Part shown: positions 1 to 32,239 of the stretch, in pieces
Numbering within the stretch: the first letter of the stretch is position 1
Layout of the letters: each line of letters begins with the position of its first letter
Source of the DNA: Negaprion brevirostris
Taxonomy: Eukaryota
Assembly: GCA_030324005.1 (NCBI GenBank)
Contig: JARDVH010000042.1
Coordinates: 68,464,354-68,528,353, forward strand
Length of the DNA stretch: 64,000 bases
Direction of reading: 5' to 3'
Notes under the pieces: generated by a model
The model's database searches: none
What the model was told of the DNA's origin: nothing
Seen by the model: the letters and a program-made list of their open reading frames with translations, nothing else
Translations under genes and position numbers: made by a program

Positions 1-19
1 CCACAATTATTACATTATT

Positions 20-327
20 TAAAGTTTAAGGTTTACTTATTGCTTAGTGTCACAAGTAGACTTACATTAACACTGCAATGAAGTTACTGTGAAAATCTCC
101 TAGTCGCCACATTCCATCACCTGTTCAGGTACAATGAGGAAGAATTTAGTGTGGCCAATGCAACTAATCAGCACATCTTTCAGTTGATGGGGGGGAAACC
201 AGAGCAGCTGGAGGGAACCCACTCAAACGGGGAGAACGTGCAGACTCTGCACAGACAGTGGCCCAAACCGGGAATTGAACCCGGGCCTCTAGCGAGGTGA
301 GGCAGCAGTTCTAACCTCTGTGCCACT
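20..327 (-). mobile_element. HE1/V-SINE-type tRNA-derived SINE
   Basis: Reverse strand reads GTGGCACAGAGGTTAG...CCGGGTTCAATTCC (Pol III A/B boxes), V-domain-like core, tail ...GTGTTAATGTAAGTCTACTTGTGAC. Confidence 0.85.
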
Positions 328-769
328 TCTGGGTTATTGCTGGGTTAATATCCTGGAATTCTTTAACCAACACTGTTCTAAGAACAAAATATCACAAAAA
401 TATTATGATTTGACCAGAAATCAAACCAAATTTATGTGGCCTTTTCAGTACTGACCATACCCAGTTTTAATTTATACAGTAATTTTTGTAGTGATATGTG
501 TGCATTATTTTCTTCTGATATTAGCTTTCTGTGCAGGCAATTAAGGCCAGTTCTGTATTAATCCAGAGTATTTATTTCTGATTTCCATACAGAGATTTTA
601 GCCAATTTGATTAAATCAATTTATGTTTATTGAAAAATAATAGAATACATTTTTCGAATGTAATATGACCAGGTTATAGTATAACTTACTATTGTAAGTA
701 TAGATTTTGTTTTATTTTCCCTCTGTTTTGGAATGCTGTTCATTTAAAAATTTTGTGTTCCTTTTTCAG

Positions 770-20796
<20,027 letters not shown>

Positions 20797-22501
20797 GAAT
20801 GGAGCCTGAACACAAAGATACCTTTCACTATAGCACTTTTGTTAGATTTGATCTTTATGGCTGACTTTGCAAAACAAAGACTTCAACGTCCCTGTCATCA
20901 TTTCTCAGCTCTGTGCTGTATTTGATCATAATTTCTGGACACAGCCACCTAATGTACAAAACCCACTAAATCCAACTACTGAATGGATGGGACAAGCTTC
21001 TTTTGCCATTAATTGAATGAAGGACCAGAAGGTTTCAACTATTTATTTTGTTTTTCAAGACTTTTTATAATTAATTTCACCGAAGCGCTCCCAGCCTTGG
21101 TGATAAAGGTTAGTTACACTCTTTGGGAAAGGGGATGGAGGGTGGTACTTTGTTTCAGTATTGATTAGTATTATGTGTCTTATTATTTCTCCACTGTATT
21201 ACAAAATTGATGAGATATTTTAAATAGGACTATCAAGTTAAAAAATAATATTCTTCACAATTGCCAAAAGTGAAGCCTGCCGATAATGTGAAGCTAAGGC
21301 AACAGAAATCTTCAGATTTGATAGGTCCTAGAACGATCATTTACTGGTTTAAAATCTATTCATATTGTTTTATCAGAAGGCCACAGGCTTGAAAATAACA
21401 AAAATGATATCATTTCACAATATACTCCAGATATTGTGAAAAATAGGGCAGGTATGAAACAATGCTGACTGGCGCAGGTGTTTCACAAACTGGAAAAACA
21501 ATCAATCAGAAATTATTAAGCTCCACAAAATAATTTTATATTCCCTGCAAAGTTACTACTACAAAACTGACCAATCAAATTCCTGTTCTTTTTGAAACAA
21601 AAACTCTTGAGCAGCTAAATTTGCTCGCCAGCTCACCACACCATATATCCCTCAAATTTTAGTTTTGTACTGGAACATGCAAAAATGAAATCTGAGCATA
21701 TTTACTCAACTTATCCATTCCATATTTTATTTCCCACACAATAGCATCCTCTCCTTCAGGGTGTTTGTTTCACTTTCGTCCATTATCCATAGTTTGGATC
21801 CATCAGTTAGTCTTTGGGATTGATATGCTTTGGGTCTCTGCACATGCCTTACTGCCCTTTACCTTCCCACTCTTTAACTTTCAGGCAGTTAAAATACACC
21901 CCCAAAATGCTGTCAACCAGCATCTGCTTCCCAGGCCGTGGTTTTGCCTTCTCAATCCTATCCTAGATACTTTGCACTCTCTGATCATTTCTTAAGTGCT
22001 CTTGCTCCCTAATTTGCCTTCCTTCTCCTTAACTGATGAATGACTGTCTCAATCTACTTAAGCCCTCTTCCACCCTGAAAGTTAGTCCTGGTCCCTGTAA
22101 ACCCTTCTTACTTTCTGACCTTATTGGTCCCAGTTTCACTTCACAGCTTCATTGTTTCTCCCTCCCTGACCCTGCTTGCCACATTCTGTCCTATGAGCAT
22201 TGTCATGGGAAGCCAGCTAATGACTTATGAAAAATAGATTGTTTTGCTAACATAAAAGTCTAACATTATTTCAAGTTGAGGATGGGTGAAGGATAAAGGG
22301 GGGAAGGAAGTCAACTGTAACTCATTGTCTAATAAGTCTAATGAAGATGCTTTATCTATTGTGGTAGTTGGAGGCTTTGTGTGTGGGTTTGTGACTGATG
22401 TTCATGATCAGCCTTTACGTAGATTTGAATGTCAATTGGATTTACATCCAGTGCACCAACACTAATATAGTGCGTCATATGTACATGCACAATAATGGAA
22501 G

Positions 22502-22507
22502 AATAAA
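22502..22507 (+). terminator. Candidate polyadenylation signal of TLE4
   Basis: First AATAAA I find after the stop codon (~1.7 kb); no transcript evidence. Confidence 0.25.
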
Positions 22508-23859
22508 GTGAGTTACAATCAAGGGCTGTCATGAACTGTCCAGACATTGCTGAATGAAACCTAAGATTAATGTACTGCTTCCAATGGACTTACGGCTGCT
22601 TCTAAATTACAGTACCTCCTCACTATAACACTTGGATATATCATTACCTCTGTGGAGCATGTATTGTTTATGGCTCATTCACTAATGTGCCTCTCACTAT
22701 TCCATTTCTTATATAGCCTCTGAAAATTTATCTTTGGCCCAGATTATCATCAGAATTCTGGTTATTCCTGTTTCACTTCATTTAAGTATTGCATCCAGAA
22801 AAATCAAGCAGACATCAATAGACTTCCCATCTCTGTTATTTTAAACATTGATATTGTTCTTTGCTACCCACATGGACCATATTTCCATTGAAGAAAGTTT
22901 ACGTTTCCAGTATAATTCTTCCAGCTAATTTTAGGTGACATTTTCTGACCTCTCTTATGCCAGCTTGTATTGTAAAATTCTGTACGAGATGCTGTGAACT
23001 TTTCCATTCGTCAATGTTTGCATGGGAAAGAAATGTCGACTGCAGTACTTTAGTAGCAAGATATTTTCAACAAACTCCTGCAAATTGGAAGCACAAAACC
23101 AAATGAAAGAGATAACTGAATTCCAGGGATCAATCTAACAGGAAGTAATCCTCTACTGAAGATGCAACATTAGGTTTGATTTCCAGTTCCTCATCAAGTT
23201 AGTTAGTTGCTACTAACTCATGATAAACAGATTCTACCACAGCACAATGGATGCAGTGCCTCCGGCAGCCATTTCAATCTTATACCTCTGGGAGTCTCTC
23301 TATTAATTAGTGATATGGAAATCCTCTTCCAGGCTGTGACTGCAGCCATTAACCTTGTTCCAGTTGTGATCTGTGAATCTTGATGGTCTTGATGATCATC
23401 CAAGTACTGATCTAACACTAATGGCCAAAAATCAAGGAGGGAGAGTTGGGGAGTGGAGACCAGAGATGAACTGGGTACAGCAATTAATCTAAAATTGGAA
23501 AAGTTGGCCCCTCATTCCGCAGTCAACACTTTTTGAGACCACCACTTGAGCAATAAGTGCTTTTGCATTTGTGGGTTTTACGGACCAGAAATTGAGTTAC
23601 CTCAATTTTCATGCACCTGAATTGATCATTCGCAAATTGCCCGTGCCCATTCATGTCCGGATGGGCACATGCAAATTTGGTACACCTGCCTCCTCTGAAT
23701 GTTGAACAGTGCCTGACCAAGTAGATCCCACACTGCAGTCTTCACAGTGCTTTTAAGTTGGGGAGTCCAAATGGATTGCTCACAAACCAGGTGGTGTAGC
23801 CAGAATGCTCCTCTTAAAGGCAGGCTGTCCCATATAAATAGAAGCTCCACTGAAGAAGA

Positions 23860-24045
23860 TTGTTGCAATTTAACTCCTGGTAAAATGCAAACCAAGACAG
23901 AAAGGGAGTTCCAGGATGAAAAATGCAGTTTGGAAGCATGAATGGAGGAGATGGACAGGAGGAGGATGCCACATTTCTATAGAAACTGCTAGACTCTTGA
24001 GGAAAACCAGTGAGAGAATGAGAGCAGGTGACCAGGGAGTTTACA
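23860..24045 (+). mobile_element. Possible Harbinger Myb/SANT-like ORF N-terminal remnant
   Basis: EFQDEKCSLEA*MEEMDRRR..F and (W)EQVTRE resemble RFSDxxLEALxxEVxxRR..WxxVA. Confidence 0.35.
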
Positions 24046-25189
24046 ACGTTCTCACCTGCTTTTAATGCCTTGAAATGGAAGGGATTTTCACTCTTTAACG
24101 GCATTATTTTCTTCATTACTGTTATTTTGCTACCATCAATTTTGGTTAATCCATTCCCCAATTCAATATTAGCTTTCTTGGGGCTTCTAGCACATTGATC
24201 TCTTCCACTACTATAAATACTCCTGCAAAGTAATTATTTGGCCTCTCCAGCATTTCCTCGCTTTCATTGACAATATCACTGACATGTTTTCAAGTAGCCC
24301 ATACTGCTCTAACCACCGTTTATGGTATTGACCCACATTTTTCTTCCTGAGTCAGGTAGTGTAGCCAGTAAATTTGCTGGCTCAACTGTTAAGGAGCACA
24401 GAGGAATCTGTAATTGGCAAAGGGCATGTCACCCACCTTGTTTTCACAGCCTCTGCTCCAACTTCCTGTCATACTGCAAGCCCAAAGCCACTTCCATTGC
24501 TGTCCAATACCTTTCATAGCCTTTGTGTGGTTAGGTCACCTTCTCCTCTGCCTCTCCACCCCCTCCTCTGACACTCCCTGTCCCCCAAATCCTGAGAGAA
24601 TGCAGAAACACACTCTGGTTAATTCAAGAATTTATCGTAATACCATTAAGAACACGTGAACACTTCCAGATGCTTTGCAGTAGAAAAAGTTCTTAAAAAT
24701 GACCTTCTCTGCATTTTGGGTGCCTGGTTCTTTAGAACACATCTTTCAGCAGAATGCTTGTAGTTTATGGAATGANNNNNNNNNNCAAATTATAGATCTT
24801 GGCATCACATCAGCCTATGGATTGTGTTCCCTCAGTGATATCATTGATTCAAGGCCTTCCGATTCATACTACCGTGTGCACCTTTCTTACAGAATGGGTG
24901 TGCAGGAAACTGTCAACAGTGCAAAATAAGTGTCTGAAGGCCTCCATAGTGCTGCCAAAATTGGAATACATATTTGTGACCTACGTTACAGATTTACTTC
25001 AGTTCCGTTTCAGTGATTATCTCTGTGATGAATGTAACATACACTGTTAATTCAAATGTTCCTTCCTTACCCAACATCTAGGTAAGTTATAGTGATATTA
25101 CACAGAGAACCCTTGTCACAGTACTCTATTATTGAAATATACCACTTGCTATTTCTGATCCACAATGCAAAGTTTAAATGTACCCTCTT

Positions 25190-25705
25190 AGTAGACATGA
25201 GTGGATGCTGTATTGCTGGAGTGCAGTTATGCAGAAACCAAGGCCATCTCTGCCTTGTCAAGTGGCTATAAACAATCCCATTGAACTATTCAAAGAACAG
25301 GAAAGTTTTCCAAGCATTTTAATTAATATTTGTTCTTCAACCAAGAGAAGAAAACAGATGAACTAATCAATTTTCTCATTTAACTATGGGACTATACAAA
25401 TTAGCTGTTGTGTTTGCATGCAAAATAGTAACTATCAGTGGAATTTTCGTTGCTGTCCGCTTTGAGATGATGCACTGCTCATTGGATTTTATGGTCTCAC
25501 TGTTGCCAATGAGGTTTCCCATTGAATGCACGCTTCACTGCTGTGAAACCTGTGGCGGGGGTGTATCGTTGACGAGCCCGTAAAATCTCACTAGTCTGAA
25601 CGGCAGCAAGATTTCGGCATATATTTCAAAAGTAATTTTCTGATTGTGGAGTGTTTTGCTACATCCAGGGAAATGAAAACACAATTTAAAGTTTTCTTTT
25701 TTTTT
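25190..25705 (+). mobile_element. Old SacSINE1/DeuSINE-like SINE split by a MITE
   Basis: Deu-like core ~25300-25420; tail resumes at 25621 (atttcaaaagtaatt...) after the MITE. Confidence 0.55.
25438..25620. mobile_element. MITE (non-autonomous DNA transposon), family A
   Basis: Shares tttcccattgaatgc...aaacctgtggc with 60790-60933 and aaacccgtggcgggg with 46305-46472; decayed TIRs. Confidence 0.6.
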
Positions 25706-26309
25706 AATATTCTGTATTCCAGACTGCATCTGGTCTTCAAGTCATTCTATAATTTTAGATCCATTGTTTTGATGATTGTTTCTTATTACAAGCAAACAAT
25801 CGAAAAATAATAATGGTGATTTTATCATAACCTGTCAGAAGGGAGCAGGATGGGTTTGCATCAGATTCCCATTTTATCTGTTCAGTCAGGCAGGATATAA
25901 ATCAGCTCCAGTCCAAACTTGCTTGACCCCATCTTGTGTATGAGATAAAAATCTGTTTTATTGAGAGGAATTTTAATCTCCAAAGTGAGTGAATTTTGGT
26001 CAGGTGAGATGTAAATATATTAAAATTCTCAAACCTGGATCCCGTCTGCCTCAAATGCATTCACTTCCAGTTTTGATGACAGCAATGTGTCTCGTTTGTC
26101 TCTCTTCCAGGTTTAACCCTGGCCAACTGAGTTTCTTGGACCTCGAGAAAACCCAGCAGTGAAAAGGAGGCAAGGACTCCTATATAGCAGAAGTAAATGC
26201 CTTTCTGGCACTGTTTGTGGACTGTAGGATCAACAGTGTTTCCTCCAAGCCCTGCTTTCTCTCTCTGTTGCTCATATACTATTCTGAACAATGTACAATA
26301 TAATATACA

Positions 26310-26672
26310 CTTTGGTCCCCTATTTCCTCTAATTTAAAATTCTCTTCATTTTTAAATCCCTTCCTGCTCTGATCTTTCCTATCTATTTAACCTCCTCAAC
26401 ACTCCTGCAAGAAGATTTTTGTATCCTTCTGCCTCTATGTTTTGTCCATGCTTTGCTCTGTTTACCTGACTATAGAGGCCACTTTGTCAACCATTTAGGG
26501 TCTAAATTCTGGAAATCTTTCCTAAATCTCTTCTTCTATCCAGCTCCCCCATCTTTTTAAAGGCCTTCCTTCAAACCCACTTCTTGATTAAAGTTTTGAT
26601 CATCACACATCACTATCAAGTGTTCTGGGAATGATTCTGTTGAAGACTGTACATATAAGGAAGTCATTGTTC
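26310..26672 (+). mobile_element. L2 LINE 3' end, old
   Basis: tttaaaattctc..ttttaaatccctt..ctggaaatc..ccttcaaacccacttcttga..tataaggaagtcattgtt follows the L2 3' consensus. Confidence 0.55.
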
Positions 26673-28502
26673 CTTAAATCTTTGCCTGGATCAGCAAGCT
26701 GATTTGTTCGAAGATAAAATATAAATATTTTGTGGAGAGCCAATATGAGAACTATGATTGTCCAAAGAAAGGATCACTTCAAAGCATTGACCCATGGAGT
26801 TCTTCATCAGTCTCTGTTTTCCCAAGGAGGGTGAGGCAGCTTTGTGTGCATTGGGAGTTAAACCTCCTAAAAGTGATATTGGCTTGGGGATACCAGTCAG
26901 ACTCCTTTCCAGTTCTCACCCGAGTAGAAATGAAGACAAGAAACTTTCAATCTGTTGTGTAGGTAATTTGAAAGGTTAATGGATACTGTTTTAACCTTTA
27001 GTTTTGGATTTTCCAGCGAGGGAGCCTGTTTTCCGAACTATCACTAACTTGTCAGAGTCGCTGAGGTGAACATACAAGAAGTCGAGCTTCTTAAGTGAAA
27101 GTGACTAGCTGGGAAAGTTTTGATCAGTGAAACTGAAGAGCTTCAGTCATGGGCGGGTGAAAGGCTGCTGCTCAAAGCACTTCTTCTCAGAGAATGCTTT
27201 AATTGCTAAGCAGGTGATAACTACTTGGAAGCTACTTCACCTGTCCAGCATTTCACTCACTCAGAGTCATGCTTTCTTGCTGAGTACCTTCACCAGAGTG
27301 TGGGACCATGTTATGCCGCTGGACCTTGCATGTCTGACAAGATGCAGCACCACCACCAATGACACCAGTGGCAGCTGGACCACCAACTACATTCTTGTAT
27401 GTTGTATACCCATCCACAGAACAGAGTTGATGGAAATCAGGTTTCAGCTGAAAGGAGGTAAGAGACCCTCAGCATTGGATCAGCTGTCCCACCGTGTCTG
27501 GGCACCAGTACCTCAGGAGGCTCAGACTCTCACTGCAGATTGTTAATCTGGAATGAGACCTCCTTCCCCATGGTGCAGGAAAGCACACTTTACCAGTGGT
27601 TGATAATGTACCTGTCGCTGAATAATGGCCACCTCCACCCTGTCTCCAACCCTGAATCTCCGCCTCTCCCCAAGATTGTGTGTCTTTTTTCCTGCAAGGA
27701 GAGGAAGCAGAAAGGTTGTCCACTTCTCCTTGTCCTCGGGAGAGTTCACCTCACTTCAGTCTCTCAGAACCAGCAACAGACCTCCAGATAAGAATGAGAG
27801 ACCCAGGGAGTAGCCCTTCCTGTAGTTACTTTCTCTCCATTCCTGTAGTTGCTGAAAAATCCAAAAATTGCAACTTATGTGAGGGAGATTGACAGCCCCT
27901 AATACTTCTGGAGGATGGGTTGCCCCAAAACTTACTGGAGGGATGTGGAAGGAAGCCGATTATTTTTTGCAGATCGGACGTCCTTTCCCAATCTCTGTGG
28001 AGCTGGCCTTGCCGTTTTTTTGGAAAATTCTACCCCACGTTTTCAACTCTTTTGCAGAATGTACTTTAATTCTCCATATCAAGAATTCCCTAAATTGGAC
28101 TTAAGTCTTGAATTCACCTTACATTTTTAGGTACAACATTCTTCAGCAATGGAGAATTTGAAAAATAAAATGCATGTTCAAGTGTATATGCTGCTATTCA
28201 TATAAACTCTATGCTCAATATTGTAATTCTATGAATTTGAGCAAATATACAGACATTTTAGACTCAAAATCTACTTGGTTGGGCCAGAGATTTTCTCAAT
28301 TCAACATCACAAGGATCAGACCCAGGCCTTTATGGTACTGCATGTACCTCCCTCTCCAGTTATTCAATCCAATTGAAAATGATCATGTATAATCCTCGTA
28401 TCCTGCTTGACCTGACCTCATGTCTAACCCATCTCCAGATTATCACCTATCTCTGTGCCTACCTGACCCCTCCCGTCATGGAAACATTTGTTCATTTCAA
28501 GA

Positions 28503-28591
28503 TAAAAGCAAAATACTGTGTTTGCTGGAATCTGAAACAAAAATAGAAAATGCTGGAAAATCTTAGCGGGTCTGACAGCATCTGTGAGAGA
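28503..28591 (-). repeat. Inverted copy of the 8290-8421 repeat family
   Basis: taaaagcaaaatac..gctggaatctgaaac..gctggaaaatct.agc.ggtctgacagcatctgtg is the reverse complement of ~8335-8421. Confidence 0.7.
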
Positions 28592-28809
28592 TCATTCCAA
28601 GGCCTGATTTCTCCTAGTGCCACTCCATGCAAATTCCAAATTGTGCAGACTTCAGTGGTTTACATCCAAAATCTTGCACATCTACCCAGCCCAACACATT
28701 GGTCGTATCAAATATGTGAAGGTTTTAAATCATTCAATGGCTCCATTCTGTCTATGGAAGGGTTGTGTCAGTTCCACCTCCAGGCTTCCACAATTTTTGT
28801 TCAGACTCT

Positions 28810-29117
28810 GTGGCACAGTGGTTAGTACTGCTGCCTCACAGCGCCAGGAACCCAGGTTCAATTCCAGCCTTGGGTCACTGCCTCTGTGGTGTTTACACAT
28901 TCTTCCCATGTCTGCATGGGTTTCCTCCGTGTGCTCCGGTTTCCTCTCACAGGCCAAAGATGTGCATTAGCCATTTGCCATGCTAAATTGTTCCTTAGTG
29001 TCAAGGAGAATAGCAGATAAATACCTGGGGTTATGGGGATAGGGCATGGGTGGGATTGTTGTTGGTGCAGGCTTAATAGGCTGAATAGCCTCCTGCACTG
29101 TAAGGATTCTAGGATTG
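28810..29117 (+). mobile_element. HE1-type SINE, near full length, CR1-like tail
   Basis: A box TGGCACAGTGG 28811-28821, B box GGTTCAATTCC 28855-28865; tail ggctgaatagcctcctgcactgtaaggattctaggatt. Confidence 0.9.
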
Positions 29118-32100
29118 TACACCTCCCTTCTCTCTGCTCTACCACCAATGACAATTTTCAACCATTAAGTCCTTGAATTCTGGAAAACCGTCCTTAAAAT
29201 TCTTTGCTATTCCACCTCTATGCTTCACGAAAGACTTCTACTAAAGCCTTTTAGGGGTGTTTTGATCACTTCCTATTCCTTGTTCAACATCATCGTACTT
29301 GGAAAGCTGAAACTTCTTGTTCATGTGGAAGATATCATGTGCATATAGGAACTTGCTGTTGATCATGAAAGGGATCATGAGAGTGGAAGCAAAGAGAAGA
29401 ATCCACTTTTTAGTGATCACCCAGTCATGTTTAACTGAACAATTTTCAAATGTGAGCCATTGTGTATTTTGGCCAATGTGCATATTTAGATAGTTCCGTT
29501 TTTGGAAAAGTTTCATTAAATGTTAATATTTAATTATTCTGTTCAATTAAATACAAAGTTCCAAATGCCTTTGGAAAGAAGTAGAAAGATAAAACAATGC
29601 AGGATGTGTTTCCCCTCTGCTAATATAGACATTCTTGTTGGATTCTACAGCACAGATTTTCATCTTTATTAGTTCATGACAGTGCAAACAGGCAAATTAG
29701 ACTAGAAGAATAGGGAGTCTGCAAAGGAAGCGCTTGGCCAATTCTTATTCCATTATGTTAAAAGGAAGGAAAGTCCGAATGGCACCATTATTTACATGCA
29801 ATCCTCTCAGCCCGATTTTACTCTCTCTGTTCCAACAGCTGGTGTTTGACACTGAAGTGGCTCTGGCAAAATTCCGCCCTAACTGCTCATAACTTTGAGG
29901 TAACACCTCGTGTAAACAATATAATCATAGTTACAACTAGACTGGGTAGCAATCAATTTTTTTTCGTACAGAAGGAAAAACTTGCCAATAGATCATCAAT
30001 GGATTTCCTATTTTTACCCCTTAATTAGGGTTGAAGGCAGTGAATCAGGGGGTCAGGTTTTTAAATGTCCAGATGTTGCAAATGCCAACTTACACAGAAA
30101 TGAACTTGTGATTGGCTATCAAAATAAAACTCTTTGTTCCAGTGAAAAAAAGTCAGTTACGGTGGGACTTGTATTCACCCTAAGACCAGTGGGGAAATCA
30201 ACTCTGCTGGTTGTGACATTGGAGAGCTCTTTTCTCATGGCAGTGAACAGATTAAACTTTCTATAACCCTGTATTCTTAACATTAGATTGCACCCAACTT
30301 GTTTGACACAAGGAGGAAGTCAATCCTGTAATCCATTCCAGGCACTATGCCTTTGCTAAGACTAGTGCTCGATGTATACTATGGTCTACCACTGGATCTA
30401 AATCCATGGCTGAGTATTGTTTTAGTTTTGTTATGTTGTCTGAACAAAGCATTAAAAAGAATAGCCACCACTGTAGGTAGTTATGGAGTCACGGACACTG
30501 CAGTGACCAACAGTTTTCCACAATTGTATGATACATAAGTTTAGATCCTAGACTAATAACTACTTGGCTTGAGGCCAGCAGTTAAATATTTAAACTCTGC
30601 AGCCTGCAGCGTGCCAATGGAAAAATGATAAGGGCATTATTGAATGACAACCTAACTTGTTAATGTGCAGTGGTAGTGATGACGTTTGTGCCCTTCAAAG
30701 CATTACTTTTTTTTGCAAGATTATCAAACTTTGACATTATAATAGTGCTGTTTATTTTGAAAGGGAAATATGAAAACACACAGGCTATGTGAAAAGCGGA
30801 CTAATAGTTAAGATGTGAGATGCAGTGCTGAGCATCACTGTAGAATGTTGGCCATTTTATAACCTATACATTGGATGTGCTGTCCGCCCTGAGGTATTCA
30901 TTGCAATGATACTAAGAACTATTCTGTGAAGTGCATTTATGTTGTGAGTGATAGTCCTGTGACTGCTATATTTTTATGCACACAATTAGACAAACCTGTG
31001 GTCCTAATGACTGCAAATAATGGCCTTAGTTCTATAAGGTAACACAAATCTAGCACTGGAAGGTGATTGAGTAGGTTTATAAGAGAAATTAAAATTGTTG
31101 TACACTTAAATGATTGCTAAGTGTTGGCTATCTTTTTCTTTTTTCCTTCCTCATTTCCTCTCTTCCATGTTAAACTCATCAAGGCCTCCCCTCTTCCCAT
31201 CCCCCCAACCCCCCTCTCAGCCCCGCTGCCCACTTCCACCCACCCCAAAAGGAAACCAGCTATGCTTCTCAATTAGATGCAGAAGATGTGAGAATCCGAT
31301 TTGGGTGTTGGGCTCCTTGGCCTTTATGGTGGATCAACTGACTTCCAGGAAGTTGTCCATGACATTGATAATTATGGTTTTTAATGTTGTAGTTAAATCT
31401 CTTAGAATAATTGCAAACATTTATTATATTAATTCTTATCTGCCTATAGTCTTTATACTACTGTTTAGAAAAAAGATAAATGATATGTGCCTGTTAATGG
31501 GGTGGTTCCGAGGCATACAGCTTTTCACCCTTACTATCCAGTTTTCAACCACAATGCTAAGATTTATAGAGCTACCAAATTGCTGTTATAACAGAAGCAA
31601 GCAAAAAGAAAAAAATGGCTAATTAAGGAATGAGTTTCTTTGTACACATGCATTATGTACTACTGAAAGTGCCCTGTGGTCAACATGTTAGCTTTTTAAT
31701 CCCCTTTTCTTCATTAGAAAAATTGTTATATTTAAAAGTTTCTTAAAATCTGTAGTTATGTTTTATAACTAATAGATGGACAAATATGCATTTCCATTCC
31801 TGTATGTTTACTGGATATTTAAAAGGAACTAGTCACATGTGACTACAGTTGTTACAAAAGGTGACAGTTGGACAGAAGTGTAAAATGCTGCAGGACTGCA
31901 CTGGATATTCATAAGTGTACAAGAAAATAGTTATCTTTGTTTTAATTAAAGCAAAGACCTTAAACACTGGAAATGTAACCTCAATTAGTCTGTCTCTAGT
32001 GGTCTCTGTACTGTAACATAATTCTTTTAATATAACATGCTGTTTCACTGTTTTGGTCTGTGGTTATTATTGATTGCATTGCATTGTAACTGTAACATTG

Positions 32101-32239
32101 GCAACTATTGCCAGAATGGCTGTTGGAGGTATAATTTGATAGAATATCTAAACTCCATAGAAATTACTGCTGAATGCAATTTGCCATTGAACCCAAGATA
32201 TAAGTCCAGGTCCAAATCCATATCCATTGAATCTGCTGC

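Noticed and set aside
27420-27800. Possible Harbinger transposase N-terminus on the - strand
   Set aside because: Only a vague resemblance; no diagnostic motif to support a call
28810-28875. tRNA gene (A/B boxes, tRNA-like head; also in the other copies)
   Set aside because: Runs into SINE core and tail and is multi-copy and degenerate; a SINE head, not a tRNA
31110-31622. 170-aa ORF with a Pro-rich segment
   Set aside because: Low-complexity C-rich/AT-rich composition, no recognisable domain or exon structure
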